Source of the DNA: Octopus vulgaris
Taxonomy: Eukaryota
Length of the DNA stretch: 64,000 nucleotides
Assembly (NCBI GenBank): GCA_951406725.2
Contig: OX597825.1
Span: 57,226,001 to 57,290,000, forward strand
Reading direction: 5' to 3'
Below, piece after piece: positions 37,330 through 49,368 of the stretch. Under the pieces are notes generated by a model. That model was not told the origin of the DNA. It saw only the letters and a program-made list of their open reading frames with translations, and did no database searches. The translations under genes and the position numbers were made by a program. Position 1 is the first letter of the stretch. The number at the start of each line of letters is the position of its first letter.

Positions 37330-38680
37330 AGCTACTGCAAAATAATGTGGGATAACATTCAGGGTTATTTTATCGATGGTGAAATATCAGATGCTAGCAG
37401 GGTTGTACAAATCACAATACGCCATGGATTCTTCATTGAAGGAGGAATCAAGAAATATTTCATTGGATGTTATTCAATGTTTTTTAGTGAAGGGACTGAG
37501 CTCTACAAATGAGTCAAGAATGTGCTAAGAAAACAGGAGAAGAAACTTGACAGAATCGTTGGAGAATGTTTTGCTGATGCAGCAAATTTGATTGATATTT
37601 CATTAAGATGTAGTAACAAGAATAATGGAGAGTTCTCCATTTGCCATCAGCGTCCATTGTTATGGCCACTTCCGAAATCTTGCTATCCATGATACAATGG
37701 CAGACACTAAATCATACTGCAATCTTTTAGGAACTATTCTAGAGGTCAGTCACAGAAGATATGTATTTTTTGAAATTATCATGTTTGAGGGAAAATGAAT
37801 GTCATTGACAACTTCAGTCACAGAGTGCAACAAGGTAGCCAGGGTAGAGCAATTATCTTATATAAGGACATTGATTGACTTGACTAATGATCAAATTCCA
37901 AAATATCTATGGACAACCATTCATTATTGAGTACCATATGTCATTTTGACTTCTTATATGAATTGGATGTGTTGAAAATAACAATTAAATATAAACAACC
38001 TCAATAAATACTGCAAAGGAAGGTTGTTGATATAACAGGTGAATAGGTATATGAACTGAGGAATGAAGAACATTTTAAAAGTGTTTGGAGATGTGCTGTA
38101 AATTTAGGTCAAACTCTTGATGAAATCATCCAAGACACACAATTTTTATTCCAAGGAACAGTGAAAAGACAAAGAAAATATGTGTTAGATTAATAGCAAG
38201 CTTCATCTGATAAATCAGCAAGGAAGTATCACTGTCAAACTGAAAAGATTGCCATCATATATCTATCTCTTATTTCAGTGTGGATAAGGTCATTGTGGAA
38301 ATGGAATCATGATTTAGTAGTAATAGCCAATACATATTTTGTACACTCAGCTAGCTATATTATTTTCAATCCTAGTGCCTCAAACTATGTGGAGAGCACT
38401 ATCAACTTGTATCATTTGGATTTCTGAAAGGAAGAAAAAAAACACACTATGTACAAAATTTGAGTTGGATCATATACATCTATCTTGTTCACAGACAACA
38501 ACAGCTGTTGTTGTTGAAACTGTTTTCAAGAATGGTTTTCATAATGAACAGTTAGTCTTCAACAAAATCCCTGCCACCATGGCAAACATTCCTACTGTAT
38601 CATGTTCTACTGAGAGCTCCTTTTCAGACGAATGAAATCATATCTAAGAAACACAATGGATCAACAACTGAGATGACCCT
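37330..38680 (+). pseudogene. Decayed hAT (ZMYM1/Tip100-like) transposase
   Basis: YFIDGEISDASRVVQ..GIKKYFIG (D.TTD.S..EQ region) and C-terminal dimerisation motif IPTVSCSTESSFS..KSYLRNTMDQQL. Confidence 0.75.
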
Positions 38681-38862
38681 TTTGATACTCACTTGTTTGA
38701 GACTGCTCTTGGTTCTGTAGTACAAACTTCCTGTTTTAAGGCAATCTAAATTAAAACCTTCCACAAAAAAAAAGTTCATGTTAATTTATGTTCCAAACAC
38801 CAGTTTGACTATGAGTTATTTTACTAAATTCTTCATTATTTTCAAAATCAATTAAAACAAAA
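38672..38862. mobile_element. piggyBac-type MITE fragment, family 2
   Basis: Reverse complement of the split element at 10280-10376 plus 11441-11555; terminus ACCCTTTTGATAC. Confidence 0.6.
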
Positions 38863-38894
38863 GTACTGACTGACTGTATGTATGTATATATGTA

Positions 38895-39400
38895 TGTTGC
38901 ATGGTCGGGTCATCAGCGACTAAACCAGCAACCCCACCAAGCTTGCTTGGTGAGGAGGGTGTTTATTGGACACCCTGTGGGATGAAAAACAAAACCTGTC
39001 AAAGGGTGGAGGAGCTCTTAAGAGTCAGCGGCCATCCGATGAGTGTCTTGGGGCTGTATCATGCGCGGGGACATAGAAATAATCGGACTGAATACCCGAT
39101 CGCGCAGTTAAACCATTGGGAGTGAAGGACTCCTAGCCTTTGTTAGGGCATCCTTTAGGAGAAGGTAACTCAGGTAACTGGGATAACTCCGACATAAAAC
39201 CTGTGGCTCAGTGATTACCGATGATGTTGACTTGTTCTTCTTTTCGGATTATGGCTGCTGTTGCTTAGTGAGTGGGATTGACTCAGTACACAGCCTTTCC
39301 TCACTTTAAAAGAAAATCTTCTTGCACAGGCATTGCACGATAACAACATTGATTAAGCTTCGTGCAATGGCCATACTCGATAACGAGGGGGCAGCCACCA
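38895..39400 (+). mobile_element. Short non-autonomous RTE derivative (RTE 5' region fused to an RTE-like 3' end)
   Basis: 5' part is homologous to 42118-42260, which precedes an RTE ORF; contains GGGCATCCTTTAGGAGAAGGTAACTC, an RTE 5'UTR-like motif; no ORF. Confidence 0.6.
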
Positions 39401-39734
39401 TGTATGTATGTATGTATGGGTGCATGCATTCATTAATGTGTTTGTGTGAGTATGTGTGTGTGTGTGTGTCTCCTTGTTTTGACATCACTTTAAAATTGTA
39501 AATGGGTATCACCATACAAGCGGCATCATTTGTTTGCAATTTTCCATAAAAACATGTCTGGTTACGGGGAAAATATCACCTTGCTTAGAAACAGGTGAGA
39601 GTTGGTGACAGGAAGAGCATCTGGTCATAGCAAACCTGCCTCACAAAACCCATCTGACCCATGCAAGCGCAGAAAGGTGAACATTAATATGAAGATGATG
39701 GTGGTGGTGGAGGTGGTGGTGATGACGATGATAG

Positions 39735-40280
39735 CACTGTGGATGGTTTTGGCAACAATATCAAATCTCATGGAAAAGTAATACCTGATGATGTGGGGGG
39801 ATAACTACCACATTGGTATTACATAATCAACATTCTCTATCAACACATGGATGTTAAGAGACGTGCTTATCTCTCTTATTGAGAATGTATTTAGTAGCTG
39901 TCTCCTGTTATTGAATAGCAAAAGCATATACTTATAGGTTGGAAGTAATATATCTATAACAAGTCCAGGAGAAGCTATTTCCCTGTTAATTTTGTTATCT
40001 TCTAGCTTGTGAGATATGTACCCATGCATAACTTTCCGTTGATGCAAGTCTTTCTCCCCTCATATTTCTCTTTAATTAGATTAGTCTAGCTAAATTTGGC
40101 TAACATGGAATAGTTGTACACTCAGGGTACCTACTGAAGAATACTTCACTTATTCTGAAGATGATTATTGAATGATTACTCATTTCTCCCTTTATTGTTT
40201 AGTAGATGTTGTCTGATGTTACAGTCAGTGGCTGTTTTGACTGACCTTAAGATTTGCCTCTGTCTAACAAAGTTCCTGTC
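39735..40280 (-). pseudogene. Dong/R4 LINE fragment (CCHC knuckle region)
   Basis: KVMHGYI.. and DREC*LCNTNVVVIPHII..YFSMRFDIVAKTIH, resembling CRLC....E...HI....RHD.VAK.IH. Confidence 0.7.
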
Positions 40281-40351
40281 CATGTATGTGTATGTATGTA
40301 TATACTTAGATATGTTTGTATATGCAAGTAACTTAATAAGTATGTAAGCAC

Positions 40352-40399
<48 letters not shown>

Positions 40400-40696
40400 G
40401 TATGTATACTTATATGTGTGTATATGTATAGATGTATGTATGCATATATATATCTATATATATATATGTATATGTATGTGTGTATATATATATAGATGTA
40501 TGCATGCATATATTTTTTCTTTTTTAAATTTTTATGCATTTTATCTCATATCCAAAAGGGCCACCATTTTTCCTATTGGTGTTACTTTACACAACTTGTC
40601 CTATTTTTGATGCTAAGTTGAAAGGCTTTGTATATGAATAGTTCACTCTGTTGTTTTGTACTTTTTCTGTTATTGTCCCTGTTTATTTGTTTTTAG

Positions 40697-41334
40697 GCAT
40701 GGCTGTTTGGTAAGAAGCTTGCTTCCCAACTACATGGTTTTGGGTTTCAGTCCCACTGCATAGCACCTTGGGCAAATGTATTCTGCCATAGTCTCAGGCC
40801 AACCAAAGCCTGGTGAGTGGATTTGGTAGACAAAAACTGAAAGAAGCCTGTCATATATATATATATATATATATATAAATATATACATACACATAAATAT
40901 ATATACTTTTGCAGGAGTGGCAGTGTGGTAAGTAGCTTGCTAACCAACCACATGGTTCCGGGTTCAGTCCCACTGCGTGGAATCTTGGGCAAGTGTCTTC
41001 TGCTATAGCCCCGGGCCGACCAATGCCTTGTGAGTGGATTTGGTAGACGGAAACTGAAAGAAGCCTGTCGTATATATGTATATATATATATATGTGTGTA
41101 TATGTGTTTGTGTTTGTCCCTCTAGCATTGCTTGACAACCGATGCTGGTGTGTTTATGTCCTCGTCACTTAGTGGTTCGGCAAAAGAGACCGATAGAATA
41201 AGTACTGGGCTTACAAAGAATAAGTCCCGGGGTGGATTTGCTCGACTAAAGGCGGTACTCCAGCATGGCCGCAGTCAAATGACTGAAACAAGTAAAAGAG
41301 TAAAAGAGTATATACATACACATTAATATATATA

Positions 41335-41400
<66 letters not shown>

Positions 41401-41652
41401 AAAGTATATATATAAATGTATATATATTTATGTGTTTGTGTCTTTGTGTCTGTGTTTGTCCCCCTACCATTGCTTGACAATTGATGTTGGTGTGTTTACA
41501 GTGCCATAACTTAGCAGTTCAGCAAAAGAGCTGATAGAATAAGTACCAGGCTTACAAAGAATAAGTCCTGGGGTCAATTTCTTCAACTAAAAACCCTTTA
41601 TGGTGGTGCTCCAGCATGGCTACAGACAAATGACTGAAACATGTAAAAGAGA
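40697..41652 (+). mobile_element. Family B SINE with a second family B copy (40911-41310) nested in its (TA)n linker
   Basis: Order is head1, (TA)n, head2, tail2, (TA)n, tail1. Confidence 0.85.
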
Positions 41653-42275
41653 CTATTTTTAACTGTTCTCTTCATAACTCATCTTGATAACCTTTTAGTC
41701 TACAGACCTCTTCTCTTCTTGTTATTGGACGTCTCCTCCTTCAGTCTTTGCTGACTCCTCAAAATTGGACAATATTGCCCGAAGGTGTTGAAATATGTGA
41801 TATTATTTGGTTCACAACTGATGAAGGGTCGAGCTTGTGTGTGTCTTTTGTATGTTTTTTCATAAATTCCTTTATCATCCCTCTATGCTGCATTTTCAGA
41901 GAGTGTGTTTTTTAATTTTTTGCCACTAGAAAACAAGCCAATTTTTAGCATAGAAACAAGCTTTTCATTGGTATATAGACAACTTCAAACATGGTTGTCA
42001 TGTATGTATGTGTGTATGTACATATGCATGCATATTCATGTGTGTGTGTGTGTGTGTGTGTATATTTATGTACGATCACACTTGAGTGCTACTGGTAAAA
42101 TGTAACCCAGTACATACTGTTGCATGGTCAGGTCATCAGTGATTAGACAAGCAACCCCATCAAGGCTACTTGGTGAGGAGGTTGAGTTTTGGATACCATG
42201 CCATTTAAAAAACAATATCCATGAAAGGGTGGATGAACTCATGAGTCAACAGCCACCCAATTATATACAAGTAAG

Positions 42276-42602
42276 CTTAACCACTACGCCATATACCTGG
42301 GCATATGGCATAGTGGTTAAGAGCATAGGCTACTAACCCCAAGATTCTGCGTTCAATTCCAGGCAGTGACCTGAATAATGATAATAATGATAATAATAAT
42401 AATAATAATAATAACAACAACAACAACAACATCAAAAAATACTTTAGGAATGAGAACCCAGATTTGAAATTTCTCAAGACAACTGATGAAGGCTGGAGGG
42501 TATATCAGCTGAAACATTGTGTTAACAACAAACAAGATGAGGACAAATATCCATCAAATGTAAATAATGTACATAATTCCTCATCTTTTAAATATAGAAC
42601 TG
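42276..42602 (+). mobile_element. tRNA-headed short element with 5' fold-back and hammerhead-like motif, copy 1
   Basis: Hairpin 42276-42294/42303-42321; A-box TGGCATAGTGG 42306-42316; B-box GTTCAATTC 42351-42359; CTGATGA-A-GGCTG..CAGCT-GAAAC-ATT-GTGTT 42483-42523. Confidence 0.75.
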
Positions 42603-43241
42603 TATTTTCTATATTTCAGGATTAATACTCCTTTGTCAGGAGAAAATGCTGGATGATGTCAAGCTAGTATCTATACCAGCAAAATATACCAACTTGACCT
42701 CATCCCCCATTTTCTTTTAACAAAGTGGTATGAACCACAAAATATAGAAATATAAGGTAAAGTGCACTTCTGTTTTCACTTCTATATTTCAGTTTGTATT
42801 GTATTAGTTTTTGGACAAATTCAATTTGAACTTCAAGTGACCCACAATGTTTCACTCAAACTATTTTATACTAAAACAAAGGCCCATCAGAAAAGAATCT
42901 AACTGCACTGAGAACAGCTAGAAGAAACCCTCAAAGGATAATTAGATGCTGCACAAATGACTGGTAACATTTATGTCATGTTCCAACAGTGACAACAGGC
43001 AAGTCCTGTATGAAGAAGTGAAAAAGCCTTTGGGCCCACATCCAGCAACCTCACTCAACTGAAGTCTAAAAAAAGCATAATTATTAAGGAATGTGTTAAG
43101 CCGATGGAAAAGTGGACCAAACATTACCAAATCTTGTACAAACCTGTAGTTATCAGCATTCCTGCCCAGTAGTTAAAGAGGTACCAGATCTACTTTAGAG
43201 GATGAACTCGGAGAAGCCATCATCCAGTGCAGGAAACTAGT

Positions 43242-43540
43242 GCTATATGCCCGATGGGCATATAGTGTAGTGAATAAGGGCACAGGATACTAACCCTTAG
43301 ATTCTGAGTTCAATCCCAGACAGGGACTTGGGACACAATATCAACAAAAAAAAATACCTGAAAGATGAGAACAGAATAACTCATTAATCAAATAAAGGGT
43401 TGGATTTGAAATACCACCAGAACACCTGACGAAGGTTGGAGAATACATCAGTTGAAATGTTGTGGAAACAACAAACAAGGTGAGGACACCTGTCCATCCA
43501 TTGTAAATAATGTACATAATTCCTTATCTCAAAAATAGTA
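43242..43540 (+). mobile_element. tRNA-headed short element with 5' fold-back and hammerhead-like motif, copy 2
   Basis: Hairpin GCTATATGCCC-GAT-GGGCATATAGT; B-box GTTCAATCC 43308-43316; AACAC-CTGACGA-A-GGTTG..CAGTT-GAAAT-GTT-GTG 43421-43464; same 3' end TGTAAATAATGTACATAATTCC as copy 1. Confidence 0.7.
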
Positions 43541-44393
43541 TGGAAGATGTTAACAAGTTATAGAGGAATAACCCTGTTCAACCTCAATGATAAGCCTTCA
43601 ACCAAGTGTTTCTAAAGAGGTTATAGGTACTTACTGAATGTATCTAACAAGTCCTCAGTGTGGGTTTGAGACAGAGAGACCTAGAGTTAGCATGATCTTC
43701 TTGCTCAGGCAGTTACAGAAAGGTTAGGAACAGTGAGAGCTCATTTTTATACTTCTTTCATCAACCTTTTAGTGACTAGAAGAGAAAACCTGATGACCAC
43801 AAATGCTGCTGAATGTCACCACCTGTTTCTACACAGGCATACAGTAGGAAATGCAATTTGATGAACCAATCTCTATTCAAAATGGAGTGAAGTAGAACTG
43901 TGTTCTTGCCCAATACCTTTCAGGATCTTTTTCTCCCTTTAGAAAAATAAGCCAGAACATCTGATGACAGAGTGTACAAACATATTAGTTCCACTGTCAA
44001 ATTATTCAGCATAAAGACCAAAGTATGTCAGGTCAAAATCAGGAATATGCTCTTCAATGATGATGTTACTTTGATGTCTCACACACAGGCTTCCAGAGGT
44101 TAGTAAGTTCTCTTACATATACTTTCTAAGAGTTTGGCCCCACTGTCTGTCTGAAGAAGACAGAGATTATGATCCAAGACATCAGTAAAGTTTTCAGCAC
44201 CTGTATTAGAATATTGTTAATCACATCTTACAAATTATAGATGAATTCACCTACCTAGGATTTAAGATCCCCACCAAATGTGTTCCTTGAGCTAGAGCTC
44301 AACAGGCAGATACAAAAAGCTGTTGATGCTATCACCAAATTTTTGATGAGAGTATGGGAAAATAACAAACTCAGCACCCTTGTACCAAGATCA

Positions 44394-44848
44394 TGTAACA
44401 GGATGTAAGATCTCTGGAACACTTGAGGGGTGCCGGTCTTATACCATTACATTAAATTATTTGTCAAAGGAAAACCAAGACTTTGAATATCTTCAACAGC
44501 ATAAATAATATTTATTTTTCTGGATTCGCAATAATATATATACATATATTTCCTTCATGGCGAACCAGTAGCCAGGGGCCATGGAACTAGTCACAGTAGT
44601 TAAATTGTGTGAGCCAAATGCTGTTTAGTTCCAGCGTAGAGTAGCTTCACCACGTGTTGGCTTGCTTGGGAGAGCTATGAGGACACGTCTGTTCAATTTG
44701 GCTGCAGCTTCAAAAGAGATCGATACAGTGGGAAATCTTGCTGTTGGAAGTTCTCTGCGCATGCGCATGAGGGAACTTCCGGTGGCCTACCGGAAGATAT
44801 CCAACTCTGTGCATGCGCACTGAAGACTTCCAAAATGGCGTCACTACA
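44394..44848 (-). mobile_element. Solo LTR (Gypsy-type), 455 bp
   Basis: TGTA...TACA termini; 4-bp TSD ATCA at 44390-44393 and 44849-44852; interrupts the RTE coding sequence; AATAAA on the minus strand near 44512. Confidence 0.85.
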
Positions 44849-46019
44849 ATCACAACACACAAAGCCTGCACACTTAGTACTCTTTTCTACAGCCACAAGA
44901 GCTGCACAACATACATGTGTTCAGAGAACAGCCTTAGTAGCTCCCATCTTTGGAGGCTGAATCAGAACCTTACCAAACAAGAATGTACTGAACCAGGCCA
45001 CCACATTAAGTTATGTAATCCTTACTCATGTAGTGACAATAGTGCTACTTTTGCCATTTTCCTTATATCCTTAAGAATATCTTGTAAGGAGAACTAATCA
45101 CAGGATTCTTGCCTACTGCTGTGATACTGGGACATTTGCAAACATAAAGAAGGGATTTCTAACATCAGTGTGAACACATGAAGAGAGAGAACTTCAAATT
45201 GTTGTACATATCAAAGGGATGTACATACGATACAGGTGTCATCATGGTTGATAAGAAGCAAATCCTTCTATGACAGGAGAGACAGATGAAATAGAAAGCT
45301 GTGTCAGCGATCACCCAATCAAAGGCATTAGCCTTCATGTGCAGCAGCTGTGCCAGAGACTGCTGCTCAAGGATTGGCTTGTTCAGCCATGAATGACATT
45401 GCTTCTGAGCCCTTCATTAAGCGCATTTATTATTTATCCAAAACAGATGGTACCATCGATATATAAGTATATATATGTATGCAAAAGTATGAATAATATA
45501 TATCATATGCATACATATGTATATAAGTATATATAAACTAACTCAAAAAAACCACCCTCCAGGTGAAATTTTTTATTAGACTTCTGCAGAAAGTTGTAGG
45601 GTTGTCAACCTAAAGATCATAAAAGTGAAGAATGTTGTATTTTACATGGCACCAGCACTGGTGAGCTTGTCAAGTACCTGCAAGATAAGACCCCCCTCAA
45701 CTAAGCTGGGTATAGACTGGAGGAATAAGAAGCTACAATAGAGGGAGAAGAGCAGGTGTCTTGCTGAAGAGTTAATACATGGCTTACCCACCTGGAAAGT
45801 GAGGGAGAGAGAGAGATGTGAGGTCCAGGTACAACATGAATATGAGACAGAATAGGATGAAAGAATGGAAAAGGTGGCTGTGTAGGTAAATGCACTGACT
45901 GAAAATAGTGTAACAGATGATTTGAGATAGGAAATGAGTTGGATGCAGAGGATATCAGTTCAGTGTAGGAGGAAGTGAAAAAAAAATAGGGTAATATAAA
46001 AGATTGACGGAAGAGTGGG

Positions 46020-47200
46020 TCATCAGCATAGAACCAGTCTTAAATGTTTCCATTATGGCCTGGAGAAGTATAAGAAATAAAAGGGGATTGATAACTGAAC
46101 CCTGACAAACTCCTACCTGCACATTAAATTCTTGGCTGTACTCATTGTTAACTCTCACTTTACAAACAGCATTCCTGTACATTGGCTTGAACAGCTCTCA
46201 CTAGCCATTCATTTACTCCTAGCTTTTGTAGTGGTCACCAGATGAGAGATTGAGGCATGAGCACAGTGATTTACCTTTTGCTAAATACTTCTCCTGTAGG
46301 TGCTGAACTATAAAGAGAGCATCAGCAATGATTCTCCTAGGCACGAAACCAAACCGCATCTTATCTTGGTTAACTCTCTTTCTAATTAACTGGGGTATGA
46401 CTTTTTCAGTGACTTTCATAACCTGGTCCAGTAATTTGATACTTCTGTAATTATTTTTTTCTAAGGCACCTCCTCTACCCTTGTAACAGTTGACTATGAT
46501 ACTGCTACACCAATCATTGAGTATGATGTCTTCTTGTACAACCTGATTAATTATATGAGTTACTAGGCCATATTCTACACTGCCAGATATTTTAAGTATT
46601 TCAGAGGAAATTCTTGATGGACGAGGAGCTTTCACAGACTTCATTTTCTTAATTATTTTATCTTATGAAGTCAACATGAATGGCTGGATCCTCTGTCAGG
46701 TTCTCTTTCTCCCATTCATTCTCCTTTTGTAATAGTATTTCTGATATTTCTACACCACCTTTTTAGAATCACTAAATGTAAGCATGCCTTTATCATACTT
46801 TTACAAACATTTCTCTCCCACATCACAATTTTCTCTGGTACACTGCCTTGCAATCCAGAACATCTCATGCCTTTGGTCATAATGTAGAACATTGGCAAAT
46901 TTCTTCTTTTCTGATTCTTCCCTTGCTAAATCAACCTGTCTCCCAGTTCTCTTCTAGCCATCTGGTAAAGTTCTCTGCTGCCCACTATTCGTCCAAACTT
47001 TACAAGCCTACCCCTTCATTTATATTGCTCTGTCTGCTTCCCTGTTTCACCACCACATCATCCTTGGTTTGCTTGGAATTTTGCACCAACCACATGTTTG
47101 GTTGGAGGGAATGCTTGAGTTTGTTCAAAAGCTTCGTAGTGCATTCTTTCTTCTTGCCCTTGATGGCTTGGGATAAAAACTAGTCCTCTCTCATCTTGTA
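46020..47200 (-). pseudogene. RTE-clade RT fragment
   Basis: KAPRPS..SEILK..DWCSSIIVNCYKGRG..NNYRSIKLL..RFGFVP..DALFIVQHLQEKY; VGVCQGSVINPLLF. Confidence 0.88.
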
Positions 47201-47569
47201 TGAGGAATACTGAGTGTCTTCACTACCTACCTGATAAGAAACTCAAACATTCCTATGTCCCTGGCAATGGACCTGATTGATGGAGTTCTTTTCTTATCAG
47301 AACAATCAGAGTGAGTTTTCTCTGAGCTGCTCATCCTATTCTTTCTGAAACCTCTGCAGTGTCTTCAGATTGAAACTCAAATACTGAGATATTCATAATG
47401 GAGGTTCCGACATGAATACCAAGCATTGCAGCATGTTGTTTCCAAATTTCTGGCAGAGTGAATTGCATCATGGTGTTGTTTTTCTCACAGATGCTGCCCA
47501 ACTGACTCTACCATACTGTGTAGTTGACAAAATAAAAAAATGGTAACAATTTACCCATCACACCCTGTA

Positions 47570-47708
47570 TCATCATCATCATCATTTAGCGTCCGTTTTC
47601 CATGCTAGCATGGGTTGGACGGTTCAACTGGGGTCTGGGGAGCCCGAAGGCTGCACCAGGCCAGTCAGATCTGGCAGTGTTTCTACAGCTGGATGCCCTT
47701 CCTAATGC

Positions 47709-47709
<1 letters not shown>
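47570..47709 (-). mobile_element. RTE 3' terminal fragment
   Basis: (CAT)n plus TTTTCCATGCTAGCATGGGTTGGACGG. Confidence 0.8.
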
Positions 47710-47743
<34 letters not shown>

Positions 47744-47760
47744 CATATATATATATATAT

Positions 47761-47804
<44 letters not shown>

Positions 47805-47901
47805 ATATATATATATATATGTATGTATATATATATATGTATGTATATATATATATATATATGTGTATATATATATATGTATGTATATATATATATGTAT
47901 G

Positions 47902-47934
<33 letters not shown>

Positions 47935-48013
47935 ATATATATATATATATGTATGTATATATATATATGTATGTATATATATATATATATATGTATGTAT
48001 ATATATATATATG

Positions 48014-48050
<37 letters not shown>

Positions 48051-48068
48051 ATGTGTGTGTGTATATAT
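47710..48068. repeat. Compound (TA)n/(TATG)n microsatellite
   Basis: Direct inspection. Confidence 0.95.
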
Positions 48069-48557
48069 ACTCTGTTTACTATTTCAGCCTCGCCTCGTTT
48101 TTGCATATTCTGTATAATTCACTAGTTATCGTTATAGATATTTAAGATCTATCCCTTACAGGGCTGATTAGAAATTGGCTGCCGGTTCTTCGCGGGTTTC
48201 TCTCACCCTCTTTTTACATTGTCTGTCTGGACTCCTCTTCCTACTCCTCGACATGGCCATGCATACTTAAGCTAGTAACCTGCCTCACTCTTGATTCCGA
48301 ACTCCTTTTGCCAAGTCTGTCCGTAAACGAAGTGATCCCAAGATAAGAAATCTTTGAACTTTAATTCATCCGTATCTCTATTTATTATTATTATTTATTA
48401 ATTATTATTATTCTGATCCCCCTAGTCGCCACTCTGTTTACTATTTCAGCCTCGCCTCGTTTTTGCATATTCTGTATAATTCACTAGTTATCGTTATAGA
48501 TATTTAAGATCTATCCCTTACAGGGCTGATTAGAAATTGGCTGCCGGTTCTTCGCGG
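48069..48557. repeat. 127-bp identical direct repeats, 362 bp apart
   Basis: 48069-48195 equals 48431-48557. Confidence 0.9.
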
Positions 48558-48634
48558 CGCGCCCGCCCTACCCACCCCACCACCAATACCGGATATCTCT
48601 ATTTTGCTCCAACTATACCGGATGTCGTTTCTCC

Positions 48635-49103
48635 CACCATTATAGGTGTCTACTCTTTGAACCCCTCTCTTCAATACGCTATTTCACCATGCATTACCCC
48701 TCTCTCGATATCCTACGTTCTACTTGCCTAGAACCTGTCCTCTGAACCACCCCTCCCACTGGTGCTCCCCCATATTTCTGCACCCCCCACCACCACTATA
48801 GGTGTCTACTCTTTGAACCCCCTCTTCAATACGCTATTTCACCATGCATTACCCCTCTCTCGATATCCTACGTTCTACTTGCCTAGAACCTGTCCTCTGA
48901 ACCACCCCTCCCGCTGGTGCTCCCCTATATTTCTGCACCCCCACCACCACCATTATAGGTGTCTACTCTTTGAACCCCCCTCTTCACTACGCTATTTCAC
49001 CATGCATTACCCCTCTCTCGATATCCTACGTTCTACTTGCCTATTACCTGTCCTCTGAACCACCCCTCCCACTGGTGCTCCCCTATATTTCTGCACCCCC
49101 CCC
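48635..49103. repeat. Tandem repeat, three copies of 156-157 bp
   Basis: TATAGGTGTCTACTCTTTGAACCCC starts at 48641, 48797 and 48954. Confidence 0.92.
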
Positions 49104-49124
49104 ATAAAAAAAAAAAAAAAAAAA

Positions 49125-49368
49125 AAAGCACCATCCGAACGTGGCCGATGCCAGACCCCTCTGGCACCTGTGCAGGTGGCACGTAAAAAACACCCACTAC
49201 ACTCGCGGAGTGGTTGGCGTTAGGAAGGGCATCCAGCTGTAGAAACACTGCCAGACTAGACTGGAGCCTGGGGCAGTCCCGAGCTCTCCAGACCCCGGTC
49301 GAAACCGTCCAACCCGTGCTAGCGCGGAAAACGGACGTTAAACGATGATGATGATGATGATGATGATG
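49125..49368 (+). mobile_element. RTE 3'UTR fragment with (GAT)n tail; an inverted copy follows at 49511-49790
   Basis: AAAGCACCATCCGAAC..CCGTCCAACCCGTGCTAGC..GACGTTAAACGATGATG. Confidence 0.8.

Larger units (their letters stand above)
42085..45450 (+). mobile_element. Old RTE-BovB-like LINE, heavily decayed, interrupted by three insertions
   Basis: QCGF..R..MIFLLRQLQK; GVK*NCVLA; MLFNDDVTL; FTYLG; terminal CSSCARDCCSRIGLFSHE*HC zinc finger. Confidence 0.8.

Noticed and set aside
41815-41900. CTGATGAAGGG hammerhead-like core; also CTGATGAG on the minus strand at about 51580
   Set aside because: No downstream GAAA with closing stems could be found
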